From the NCBI GenBank assembly GCA_035637095.1, contig DASPXX010000293.1, positions 284-64,283 on the forward strand: 64,000 nucleotides of DNA. Reading direction: 5' to 3'. This document shows, piece after piece, positions 15,901-23,355 of this stretch (position 1 is its first letter; every line of letters begins with the position of its first letter). This DNA comes from Thermoanaerobaculia bacterium. GTDB lineage: Bacteria; Acidobacteriota; Thermoanaerobaculia; Multivoradales; UBA5704. The notes below the pieces were generated by a model that saw only the letters and a program-made list of their open reading frames with translations, did not search any database and had not been told where the DNA came from. The translations under genes and the position numbers were made by a program.

Positions 15901-17013
15901 AGCTACGACCCTGGCCGCTTCGGAGAAGAGCTCGTCGAAGATCTGGGTGAGCAAGGAAAGCGTATCCGGCACCGTGTTTTCTACCGCGACGATCTGGTCG
16001 CCGAACGGCCCGACGAAATTCACACGCAACCCTACCTGGATTCTCGCGAAGTGAAGCGGGGAGGGTTGGGCCGCATCCAATGGCTCGAATACGGCGAGCA
16101 CACGCGCTGTCCGGCCCGGGTCAGCCGGCCCACGTTTCCGGAGCTCTTCGCTGTCCCGAAAATGATGTTCGGCAGCTTTACCGGCGTTGCCGTCGACGAC
16201 GGCTCCCAGGACGGCTTTCTGATGGTGGCTCACACGGTTCGGATCGCCGTCCGTTGGGCCGCCCTTGCCGGGGTCGAGAACCGCTCACTCACCAAGGCGA
16301 GATCCTCTTTGAGCATTGATCACGACCTGAAGCCTTCTCGAAATTATTCGGATTGGTATCTCTGCGCTCTGGCGCTCAGTGAGCCGATCCAGCGCTGGCT
16401 TCACGCCGAGAAGCGGTCGATGAAAGAAGATGTCTACCCTGACGACATCAAGGCGATCCCGGTGAAGCGGATCTCCGCGGCGAAGCAGGAGCCGTTCGTG
16501 CGACTGGAGAAGGAGCGGCACGGGTTGTGGCGGGAGCTGGTGGTTCTCGAAGAAGAAGGTTTTCGGATCGGGGCCCGGATCGAAATTCCGGTGCGCGCGC
16601 TCGCCGAGCGGTTTCGGCGCGAGCATCCGGAGATCGAACACCTCTCCCTTCTCAAGCTTCCCTCATCTCTTGTAGAGCTCAAGGAAACGGCATTAGAACA
16701 GGACCTCAATGGGGCCAAGGCCATCGGCTCAGAGGTCCGGGTACGACGAGAGACCGTGGCACGGGTGGGCGAGGCGGTGAGGCAGAAGGAGGAGGTCGCC
16801 TCGCTCCTGGCCCGCCTCTTGGGCACTCTGCCTGGGTCGCTCGCAGAAATCTCCATAGAGCTGCCGCGGAGCGAACGAGGCCTGCTCGCCCTCGCGCACT
16901 TCCTCGATGAGCAGGAAGAGGGCGGCCGGCGCCGGCAGACGCGCATCGCCGAGATCCAGGGCGAGATCGATCGTCTCGCCTGGGCGCTCTATCGGCCGGC
17001 CTCAACCGGCTGA
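12988..17013 (+). CDS. Type IIG restriction-modification enzyme: N-terminal PD-(D/E)xK nuclease, gamma-class N6-adenine DNA methyltransferase, C-terminal specificity region (1341 aa)
   Basis: N-terminus ..RPDFTIRVDEFLGPLPVFLVEDKST.. (PD..EDK). Methyltransferase motifs GRYYTPKALVTHMLDLAGW (motif X), LADLACGSGSFLVEA (motif I, SAM binding), FDVLVGNPPYV (motif IV NPPY). Architecture resembles the MmeI/Eco57I group. No brx/pgl neighbours. Confidence 0.8.
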   Translation: MAVTPFVMQTPLPEILELAREHQVEQEAFSGFVERLSTLLVRWEIPTGGRRAALADYLDQRAAAGITAADEQPVVDALTRQILEALGYRDGDYTYNQMLTDGPDRPDFTIRVDEFLGPLPVFLVEDKSTSVRDFERRQRKGAEEESPVEQLRRYVLAGAVHGRAGLLCNGWRLEAWEFGAEGAIRLVQIDLHGLARAALAGAELGQRPALRALWKRFSRFAFTHARELTERSLTTPPLGVEGIERVQKALSRRGRTQDLEAELLAHHERVWREQAADVRQTPESLVAALRDLIEQFAEDVLHQLDEVLARHRTYEAARAELAPAEAAARLRQDVVLRQTSFDLTKEDFELRLLAPLDEWCRRPRLEDLDEKVAAWLAALEPLVKLSNGPAAHPAAQLALAPATEPPQGPRMGVPKNGAANGKRKILQGMEAALRKVGQRAIEDYAAIQQLEEEYRATLRAADAYQTWARRVSSSALVGLPEAEFRREFARQTAYVYIIRLLLVRICEDKGLFRRKLSDGGLILWKERVPQYLDYASGRSYEYLTRMAYECAQNVYVHFYGASELFDWYRMDDKMLLRALLVLNAFNLEGIDTDIIGAVYGRYLEEGKHEQGRYYTPKALVTHMLDLAGWRGEEIVGRRLADLACGSGSFLVEACRRLLDTFRNREGRIPKAKLRPALEEVQRSLHGLEINPFACYLAETNLLIQVLDLLKQAKDEGITLVVDRFRIYCEDSLIVAQKLGEVSETSLFLLGKDRAAAEQIKARTGPFAAGFDVLVGNPPYVRADEDAPAWAAYRRRLENQEWFSTRHQKWDLYVPFVEQYHRLLADRPDARCCLVTIESLATAPYAEKLRELLLRKSTLHDVLVTRGLKLFEDAKWQDNLIFSFSRGAPAPEHRIRRSIAENRDERGEILTEPLDEIVQAEADPDRLFRAREQVELDLEKTVRLEEICYVSKGMVLHSNEKLRDGQIVLVPPSYDPGRFGEELVEDLGEQGKRIRHRVFYRDDLVAERPDEIHTQPYLDSREVKRGGLGRIQWLEYGEHTRCPARVSRPTFPELFAVPKMMFGSFTGVAVDDGSQDGFLMVAHTVRIAVRWAALAGVENRSLTKARSSLSIDHDLKPSRNYSDWYLCALALSEPIQRWLHAEKRSMKEDVYPDDIKAIPVKRISAAKQEPFVRLEKERHGLWRELVVLEEEGFRIGARIEIPVRALAERFRREHPEIEHLSLLKLPSSLVELKETALEQDLNGAKAIGSEVRVRRETVARVGEAVRQKEEVASLLARLLGTLPGSLAEISIELPRSERGLLALAHFLDEQEEGGRRRQTRIAEIQGEIDRLAWALYRPASTG

Positions 17014-17014
17014 T

Positions 17015-17563
17015 TTAGACGCCCCGCCCCGCGCCCGGCCACGGCCCCGGCGATTCCTCGGGCATCTCGCGCGCGGCGGTTTCGGTCTTGAAGATCTTGA
17101 AGCCCCGCGCCTGGTAGGCGGGGAGGGCCGCGGGATGGTCGAGCGAGCAGGTGTGCAGCCAGACGCGGCGGGCACCTCCCTCCCAGGCGCGCTCGACGGC
17201 TGCGCTGAGGAGCGCGCCGCCGAGGCCCCGGCCGCCGAAGCGCGGTAGCAGGCCGAAGTAGGCGATCTCGACGCTCCCCTCCGCCTGCCGCTCCAGCTCG
17301 AAGTAGCCGGCCGGCGTGCCCGATACCGAGCCGATCCAGGTCTCGAGCTCCGGCCGGTCCAGCCAGGCCATCCACCGGTCCCAGGTCCAGGCGAGACGGT
17401 CCACCCAGAAGAGGTCTCCGCCGACGGCGGAATAGAAGAAGCGGTTGAGCTCGGGGCAGGGGATCTCCGCCCGCTCGATCCGCAGCTCCGGCCGCGGCCG
17501 GGCCGGCCGGAAGTCCTTGCGGTCGGTCAGCTCCAGATGCCAGGTGGTGATCTCGCAGTGCAT
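17015..17563 (-). CDS. GNAT-family N-acetyltransferase
   Basis: ..VEIAYFGLLPRFGGRGLGGALLSAAVERAWEGGARRVWLHTCSLDHPAALPAYQARGFKIF has GNAT motif A (R/Q-x-x-G-x-G/A) and motif B. Confidence 0.8.
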   Translation of the reverse strand: MHCEITTWHLELTDRKDFRPARPRPELRIERAEIPCPELNRFFYSAVGGDLFWVDRLAWTWDRWMAWLDRPELETWIGSVSGTPAGYFELERQAEGSVEIAYFGLLPRFGGRGLGGALLSAAVERAWEGGARRVWLHTCSLDHPAALPAYQARGFKIFKTETAAREMPEESPGPWPGAGRGV

Positions 17564-17582
17564 TGCGGAAATTGTATAGGGG

Positions 17583-17604
17583 CCCCGGATCTCTCCGGGG
17601 CCCC
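17583..17604 (-). terminator. Perfect GC hairpin between the cysteine-rich peptide gene and the GNAT gene
   Basis: ggccccgga-tctc-tccggggcc, 9-bp stem. On the minus strand it lies about 30 nt after the peptide gene stop and is followed by UAUACAAUUUCC. It ends 15-20 nt before the GNAT start codon. Confidence 0.35.
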
Positions 17605-17635
17605 GAGAACCGCCTTGTGCCGGCGGGTGTTTTGG

Positions 17636-17812
17636 TTATTCGCAGGGTTGGCTTTCAGGGATGCAGGTCGGCGAGCCTTGCTCCACGCAGCAGTGATACC
17701 CCTGAATACAGAGCAGGTTGCAGACCTGAGCGGCTTCTGTGCGGGGGACCGTACTCACGGTCGCCGCGAGAACCAGGAAGAGACTACCGAGCCGCAAGAT
17801 GAGTTTACGCAT
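17636..17812 (-). CDS. Small secreted cysteine-rich peptide precursor (58 aa; predicted 31-aa mature peptide with 6 Cys)
   Basis: Internal ATG of ORF 17636..17917 with strong SD (GGAGGtttcatcATG). MRKLILRLGSLFLVLAATVSTVPRTEA / AQVCNLLCIQGYHCCVEQGSPTCIPESQPCE*. Signal peptide followed by a Cys-rich core (C-x3-C-x6-CC-x7-C-x6-C). Confidence 0.55.
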   Translation of the reverse strand: MRKLILRLGSLFLVLAATVSTVPRTEAAQVCNLLCIQGYHCCVEQGSPTCIPESQPCE

Positions 17813-18005
17813 GATGAAACCTCCAGTTTCCGTGTTTGTTCTTTCTTTGGGCTGTCTGCCCTCCAGAAGGAGCTCTCCGGGTTTGGAGAAGCTCCGCTGT
17901 CGATGATCTCTTCGCAATATGCGTGCCCGCGTATTTGTTGGGTGTCATCGAAAATGCGGTCTCTCGGGATGGGCGCCCTGGAGCTGTTGGGCTGGGCGTA
18001 TCGCG

Positions 18006-18034
18006 TTGACAGCCTCCGGCCTGCAAGGTAGAGT
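18006..18034 (+). promoter_or_regulatory. Sigma70-like promoter upstream of the OPT transporter gene
   Basis: TTGACA - 17 bp (gcctccggcctgcaagg) - TAGAGT, about 35 nt upstream of the start codon at 18068, with a GAGGG SD before the ATG. Confidence 0.45.
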
Positions 18035-18067
18035 CGCCCGGCCAAATAAACAGCCGACCTGAGGGCT

Positions 18068-20113
18068 TTGATGAACGCGAATCCAGAGTCCAAGCCACCC
18101 GCCGGACCGCCTCGCCATCAGCCTTTCGTCCCCGAAACCGCCGAGATGCCGGAGTTCACGCTCCGCGCCGTGCTCCTGGGCCTCGTGATGACGCTCGTGC
18201 TCGGAGCCGCCAACGCCTACCTGGGCCTGCGCGCCGGGGTGACGATCGCGGCGACCTATCCAGCCGCCGTGATCGGCATGGCGGTGCTCCGCCTGTGGAA
18301 GGGATCGATCCTCGAAGAGAACATCGCGCGAACGGCGGGCTCGATCGGCGAGTCGGTCGCGGCCGGCGCGATCTTCACGCTCCCGGCCTTCGTCATCGCC
18401 GGAGCGTGGCCGTCCTTCTCCGCGAAGGACGCGTATTGGAAGTCCACGGCCCTGATGCTGGTCGGGGGCGTGCTCGGCGTTCTCTTCGTCTCGCTCGTGC
18501 GGCGGGTCATGGTCGAGGACCGCGAGCTTCCGTTCCCCGAGTCGGTGGCCGCGGCCGAGATCCACAAGGCGGGCCAGAGGGGCGCCCAGGCGGCCAAGTA
18601 CCTCTTCTACAGCATGGGCGTCGGCGGGCTGGTCTACATCCTCGGCGTCATCAAGCTGTTCGCGCCGGACCGGGACTTCCTCCTCAAGATCGGTTCCCTC
18701 GGGCTGAGCAAGATCCGCCTGGGCTCCGCCGCCGAGGCTCCCGCGCTGAGCACGGGCGGCGTCACCACTTTCGCGGCTCCCACGGTGAGCCCCGCCTACC
18801 TGGGCGTCGGCTACATCATCGGTCCCGAGCTCGCGGCGCTCAACTTCTCGGGCGGCGTGCTCGCGTGGGGCTTCATGGTCCCGCTCCTCATGTTCCTGCT
18901 CGGCCCCCAGATCCAGACCTTCCTGCCGGCGGGCGCTGCGCCCGACGACTGGGCCGGCCAGGTCGGCCTCGTCTGGCGGTTCGTCGTGCGGCCGATCGCG
19001 GTCGGCGGCATGCTCGTGGGCGCGGCGTTCACGCTCTACAAGATGCGGAAGAACCTGTTCGGCGGGCTCGCCCGGGCCTTCTCCGAGCTCAAGGGCAAGG
19101 CCGGCCACGAGCAGGCGGCCGGGCGGACCGAGCGCTACATGAGCTCCCGCACGGTCTTCGCGCTGATCGCCCTCGTGTTCGTCCTGATGGTCTTCCTCTA
19201 TGTCTACATGTCGGGCCTGGTGATGGGCGCCATTGTGGCCGGCATCGTGATGCTCCTGGCGGGCTTCTTCTTCGCCACCGTGTCCGGCTATCTCGTCGGA
19301 TTGATCGGCTCCTCGAACAACCCGATCTCCGGCCTGACGCTCTCGACCCTGATCATCGCCGCCCTGCTGATGGTCTCGCTCGGCGTGTCCGGCAAGAGCG
19401 GCATCGTGGCGGTCCTCGGAGTGGCGGCCGTGGTCTGCGTCTCGTCGGCGGTGGCCGGTGAGCTGCTCCAGGACTTCAAGGTCGGCTACATCCTCGGCGG
19501 CACGCCACGCACCATCCAGATCGTCGAGCTGATCGCCGTGGTCTGCGCGAGCCTCGTCATGTACTTCCCGCTGATGATCCTCCATCAGGGCATGGGAGGC
19601 TTCGGCTCCCCGCAGCTCCCCGCACCGCAGGCCGGGCTGATGGCGGCGCTCGCGCAGGGGATCGTGGGCGGGAACATGCCCTGGACCCTGGTGGTGGTCG
19701 GCATCTTCATGGGGATCGCGATGATCCTGTTCCGCGTGCGCAGCCCCATGCTCGTCGCGGTCGGCATGTACCTGCCGCTCTCCACGACCTTCGCGATCTT
19801 CGTCGGTGGCATGATCCGTGGGCTGACCGACAGGATGAGCGAGCGCAAGGGCTTCAACGAGGCACAGAAGGCGCGCGTGGAGAACGTCGGCGTGCTGGTC
19901 GCCTCCGGCCTGATCGCCGGCGAGGCGCTCATGGGGCTGGCGAATGCGACCTACATCTTCTTCGCGAAAAAGGAGCTGCCCGGGATCCTCCAGAACCCGT
20001 CGTATCTCGTTGGGCTCGTCGTGATGGCGATCCTCGCCTTCATCCTGGTCCGCGTGCCCCTGGCAAACGCGGGGAGCCCGGACGAGCCGGCGCCGCCGGT
20101 CGCGATGATGTGA
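18068..20113 (+). CDS. OPT-family oligopeptide transporter (681 aa)
   Basis: Polytopic membrane protein. ..FTLRAVLLGLVMTLVLGAANAYLGLRAGVTIAATYPAAVIGMAVLR.. ..GSIGESVAAGAIFTLPAF.. and the length (about 650-700 aa) and repeated structure are typical of bacterial OPT transporters. Confidence 0.85.
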   Translation: MMNANPESKPPAGPPRHQPFVPETAEMPEFTLRAVLLGLVMTLVLGAANAYLGLRAGVTIAATYPAAVIGMAVLRLWKGSILEENIARTAGSIGESVAAGAIFTLPAFVIAGAWPSFSAKDAYWKSTALMLVGGVLGVLFVSLVRRVMVEDRELPFPESVAAAEIHKAGQRGAQAAKYLFYSMGVGGLVYILGVIKLFAPDRDFLLKIGSLGLSKIRLGSAAEAPALSTGGVTTFAAPTVSPAYLGVGYIIGPELAALNFSGGVLAWGFMVPLLMFLLGPQIQTFLPAGAAPDDWAGQVGLVWRFVVRPIAVGGMLVGAAFTLYKMRKNLFGGLARAFSELKGKAGHEQAAGRTERYMSSRTVFALIALVFVLMVFLYVYMSGLVMGAIVAGIVMLLAGFFFATVSGYLVGLIGSSNNPISGLTLSTLIIAALLMVSLGVSGKSGIVAVLGVAAVVCVSSAVAGELLQDFKVGYILGGTPRTIQIVELIAVVCASLVMYFPLMILHQGMGGFGSPQLPAPQAGLMAALAQGIVGGNMPWTLVVVGIFMGIAMILFRVRSPMLVAVGMYLPLSTTFAIFVGGMIRGLTDRMSERKGFNEAQKARVENVGVLVASGLIAGEALMGLANATYIFFAKKELPGILQNPSYLVGLVVMAILAFILVRVPLANAGSPDEPAPPVAMM

Positions 20114-20119
20114 GCTTTG

Positions 20120-20251
20120 GCCCTCACCCCCGGCCCCTCTCCCACAAGTGGGAGAGGGGAGAGGGTTAGAAGGCTCCGCGGGCTCCGGAAAAGCTTTTGA
20201 TCAAACCTACACCCCTCTCCCGCTTGCGGGAGAGGGGCCGGGGGTGAGGGC
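20120..20251. mobile_element. MITE-like palindromic element, copy a (132 bp) between convergent OPT and ligase genes, overlapping the ligase 3' end
   Basis: gccctcacccccggcccctctccc-acaagt-gggagagggg ... cccctctccc-gcttgc-gggagaggggccgggggtgagggc. 24-bp terminal inverted repeats, each containing a cccctctccc/gggagagggg hairpin, with a 52-bp spacer. Confidence 0.7.
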
Positions 20252-21350
20252 TCTCGACCTGCTCGAAGGTGCAGGCCTCGGGGTCCTTGTCCGGCCGCCA
20301 GCGCAGGAGCTTGGTGCCGTGGCGGAAACGGCCGCCGGAGAAGTGGTCGTAGCGCACCTCGCAGACCAGGACGGGATCGAGCGGGATCCATTCGGTCGAG
20401 CGACCCTGCGACCAGCGGCTCGGCCCTCCCGGCGCCTTGCCGGAGAAGCCGCTCCCGCCCTGGTACGGCTTCACGATCTTCTCGACCTCCTTCCGCTCCG
20501 CCGCGGTGAAGCTCGACGAGAAGCCCACGTGGTCGAGCTCCCCCTCGTCGTTGTAGAGGCCGAGGAGGAGCGAGCCGAGCCCCTCGCCCTTCTGCGCCTT
20601 GCGGATGCCGCCGACCACGCAGTCGGCGGTCCGCATCCGCTTCACCTTCACCATGCCGCTGCGGTCTCCCGAGAGGTAGCCGGCCTCCAGCCGCTTGGCG
20701 ACGACGCCGTCGAGCCCGGAGGCGCCGAGCTGGCTGATCCATCTCTCGGCGAGCTTCCTGTCCTCGGTCGCCGGGGAGAGGACGGCGGAGGCCTCCCCCT
20801 CCGGCCGCGCGGGGATCTTCGCGAAGAGCGCTTCGAGGCGCCGCCGCCGCTCGGACAGGGGCTCGTCCACCAGGGATTTGCCTCTGGAGTCGACCAGCAG
20901 GTCGAAGGCGTAGAGGCTCGCCGGGGTCTCGCGGGCCAGCTTGCGGACGCGGCTCTCGGCGGGGTGGATGCGCTGCAGCAGGTCGTCGAACGCGAGCACG
21001 CCGTCGCGCGCGATCACGATCTCGCCGTCGAGGACGAAGGTGGAGACCGGAAGCGCGGCGAGCGCCTCCACCAGCTCGGGAAAGTAGCGCCCCAGCGGCT
21101 GGCAGGCCTTCGACTGGAGAAGCACCTGCTTCCCCTTGCGAAACGCCAGGCACCGGAAGCCGTCCCACTTTGGCTCATAGAGCCAGCCGCCGCCCCCGGG
21201 GATGCGCTCGGCCGACCGCGCCTCCATCGGGGGGAACGGCGGCCGGACCGGCAGGTCGATGGCGGGAAAGTCGCCTTCGAGAGCCTCGGCAGGCACCGCC
21301 CCGGCCGTCACTCGGGTCTCGGAGGGCTTTTTCTTGCTGCGAGTCGCCAT
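20166..21350 (-). CDS. ATP-dependent DNA ligase (LigD ligase-domain-like, 394 aa)
   Basis: Start MATRSKKKPSETRV.. (internal ATG of ORF 20166..22016). ..GGWLYEPKWDGFRCLAFRKG.. is the KxDG adenylation motif I. ..LDGEIVI.., ..VDGVVAKRL.., ..KVKR.. are downstream ligase motifs. The last about 30 codons (..[28 protein letters not shown]) are encoded by MITE copy a. Confidence 0.8.
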   Translation of the reverse strand: MATRSKKKPSETRVTAGAVPAEALEGDFPAIDLPVRPPFPPMEARSAERIPGGGGWLYEPKWDGFRCLAFRKGKQVLLQSKACQPLGRYFPELVEALAALPVSTFVLDGEIVIARDGVLAFDDLLQRIHPAESRVRKLARETPASLYAFDLLVDSRGKSLVDEPLSERRRRLEALFAKIPARPEGEASAVLSPATEDRKLAERWISQLGASGLDGVVAKRLEAGYLSGDRSGMVKVKRMRTADCVVGGIRKAQKGEGLGSLLLGLYNDEGELDHVGFSSSFTAAERKEVEKIVKPYQGGSGFSGKAPGGPSRWSQGRSTEWIPLDPVLVCEVRYDHFSGGRFRHGTKLLRWRPDKDPEACTFEQVESPHPRPLSRKRERGVGLIKSFSGARGAF

Positions 21351-21379
21351 GCCCACAGAAAGTTGCAAGGGCGGTGCCT

Positions 21380-21934
21380 CTAGCGCAGCCGGGCCCGTGG
21401 CCCGAGCACCCGGCCGAGGAGGCTCGCGAGAAGCTTCTCGTCCACCGAGGTCAAGAAGCGCTTGGGGAGCACCTGCAGGGCGCCCGGGGTGGTGAGGACG
21501 AAGAAGTGGCGGGACTCGTACGCCCGCGCGACCTGGTTCCAGCCGAAGCGGGCGGTCACCGTGGGCGACTCGAAGAGGAACCCCTCCTCGGAGAGCTCGT
21601 AGCGCAGCGGCACGAGCAGAGCCCGGATGGCTTCGCTGTTGATCCCCGCGAACGCCACCGCGCAGGGGACGACCAGCAGGGCCACGATCGCCGGGAACCA
21701 GGGCGGGATCCGCGAGGCCGTCTCCACCTCGGGCTGCGCGGCGAGGTAGAGGTTCACCGCCGAAAAGAGGAGGCCGGCGGCGGTGATCACGACTCCGAAG
21801 CCGCTCCGGAAGTAGACCAGGAGCCGGGCGCGGGCGATGTCCTGCTTGGTCAGGGTCACCCGGATCTCGATCGGCGCATCCACGCCCAGAGGATAGACGA
21901 AAAATGGAGACGCGCCGCCCGGGTCGTGTAACAT
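21380..21934 (-). CDS. YcxB-like membrane protein
   Basis: ..LVYFRSGFGVVITAAGLLFSAVNLYLAAQPE...IPPWFPAIVALLVVPCAVAFAGINSEAIRALLVPLRYELSEEGFLFESPTVTARFGWNQVARAYESRHFFVLTTPGALQVLPKRFL. Two TM helices plus a YcxB-type C-terminal module. Sits directly upstream of the ligase on the same strand. Confidence 0.6.
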   Translation of the reverse strand: MLHDPGGASPFFVYPLGVDAPIEIRVTLTKQDIARARLLVYFRSGFGVVITAAGLLFSAVNLYLAAQPEVETASRIPPWFPAIVALLVVPCAVAFAGINSEAIRALLVPLRYELSEEGFLFESPTVTARFGWNQVARAYESRHFFVLTTPGALQVLPKRFLTSVDEKLLASLLGRVLGPRARLR

Positions 21935-21991
21935 AGTGGCTCCGGACTTCCAGACGAGATCTCGGCCCCTTTTTTCCCTGGGAGGACAGCC

Positions 21992-22276
21992 ATGAGCGGA
22001 CAGGACGGGCGGCCACCGAGAGGAACCGTCGAAGAGCTGCTACGGCGGATCGAGGCCTTGGCGCGCCCCGGAGACGCCGGTCCTCCGGGAGGCTTCGAGC
22101 TCTGGGTCCCCCAGCGCCTCACCCTGCGCGGCCAGACGATCCCGTTCGACGTGGCGCTCATGGTCGTGCTCGACGCGCTCCTGGAGAAGAGCTTCGTCCC
22201 GGCCGGCTTCACCGAAGAGGACGGCGGCCGTCTCTACCTCTACGAGCGCGCCGACGCCGCACAGCCCCAGGTGTGA
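21992..22276 (+). CDS. Small hypothetical protein (94 aa)
   Basis: SD GGGAGGacagccATG. MSGQDGRPPRGTVEELLRRIEALARPG...FDVALMVVLDALLEKSFVPAGFTEEDGGRLYLYERAD. Upstream of and co-oriented with the lipoprotein gene. Confidence 0.45.
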   Translation: MSGQDGRPPRGTVEELLRRIEALARPGDAGPPGGFELWVPQRLTLRGQTIPFDVALMVVLDALLEKSFVPAGFTEEDGGRLYLYERADAAQPQV

Positions 22277-22341
22277 CCCTCGCGCCCTCCGAGCCTGGCC
22301 GCGATCTTGCGTAAGCGAGATCCTGGAAAGGGGGCGACGCG

Positions 22342-23352
22342 ATGAGGAATGCAGCGAGGATCGTCTGTCTGTTTGTCCTGGCGCTGCCGGCGCTGACCAC
22401 CCTCACAGGATGCGGCCGCAGCACGGCGAAGGCGGAGGCGAGCGCGCGCCCCGCCTCGCCGGCCGGGGAGCGGACCGCGTCCTCTCCGTCCCACCGCGGC
22501 GGGTATCCGCGCACCGAGATGCGGAACGTCCAGCTCCAGGCGCTGCCCGGAGTGATCCTCGAGATCCGGCGCCTGCGCGGCCAGCTCCAGCCGACCTCGG
22601 GGAACGACATCCCCTTCTTCGACGACCCGTCGACCTTCGAGATCCGCATCGACAGCGCGGAGATCGCCGCCACCCCAAAGAGCCTCGAGACTCTGATGAA
22701 CCAGGTCACGTTCAACTATCCCGGGGCGCCGCTCAAGGACCTCCACATCACGATCGAGGACGGCAAGGTGCGGCAGTCGGGACGTATGGAGAAGAAGATC
22801 CCCATCCATTTCGAGACGCTGTCGGAGGTCTCGGTGACCCAGGACGGGAAGATCCGGCTCCATCCGGTCCAGATCAAGGCCGGCGGCCTGCCGGTCAAGA
22901 AGCTGCTCGACGTGCTGGGCGTCGAGATGGACGAGATGATCAAGACGCAGGCGTCGCGCGGGGTGGCGGTCGACGGCGACGACATCCTCCTCGATCCGGA
23001 GCGCCTGGTGCCGCCGCCGCGCATCAAGGGCCAGCTGACCGCCGTGCGGGTCGAGAAGGACCGCATCGTCCAGATCTTCGGAGGGAAGGGGAAGGATCTC
23101 GCGCCGCCCGACCCGGACGCGAAGAACTACATGTACTACAAGGGCGGCACGCTCCGCTTCGGCAAGCTGACCATGAACGGGGCCGACCTGCAGATCGTCG
23201 ACGCCGACCCCAAAGATCCCTTCTACTTCTACCTGAAGGAGTACAAGAAGCAGCTCGTCGCCGGCTACTCGCAGAACACGCCGAGCCTCGGGCTGGTCGT
23301 CCACATGCCCGACTTCGACCAGTCGGGCAGGCGGCTCAAGGGGCCGGCCTGA
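22342..23352 (+). CDS. Lipoprotein of unknown function (336 aa)
   Basis: MRNAARIVCLFVLALPALTTLTGC has a signal peptide with an L-T-G-C lipobox. Long protein-like ORF. The antisense ORF 22240..23304 is an artefact. Confidence 0.75.
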   Translation: MRNAARIVCLFVLALPALTTLTGCGRSTAKAEASARPASPAGERTASSPSHRGGYPRTEMRNVQLQALPGVILEIRRLRGQLQPTSGNDIPFFDDPSTFEIRIDSAEIAATPKSLETLMNQVTFNYPGAPLKDLHITIEDGKVRQSGRMEKKIPIHFETLSEVSVTQDGKIRLHPVQIKAGGLPVKKLLDVLGVEMDEMIKTQASRGVAVDGDDILLDPERLVPPPRIKGQLTAVRVEKDRIVQIFGGKGKDLAPPDPDAKNYMYYKGGTLRFGKLTMNGADLQIVDADPKDPFYFYLKEYKKQLVAGYSQNTPSLGLVVHMPDFDQSGRRLKGPA

Positions 23353-23355
23353 TCC

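Noticed and set aside
13639-16233. 864-aa ORF antisense to the Type IIG restriction-modification gene
   Set aside because: Low-complexity composition. The sense strand carries a complete methyltransferase motif set (X, I, IV).
12988-17013. BREX PglX methyltransferase
   Set aside because: Although size and NPPY motif fit, the N-terminus carries a PD..EDK nuclease-like motif and no brxA/B/C/pglZ/brxL genes are adjacent. A single-chain Type IIG restriction-modification enzyme is more parsimonious.
20166-22016. 616-aa version of the ligase ORF
   Set aside because: The upstream 220 codons are antisense to the YcxB-like gene and low complexity. Ligase motif I (KWDG) lies shortly after the internal MATRSKKK start, which has the expected N-terminal spacing.
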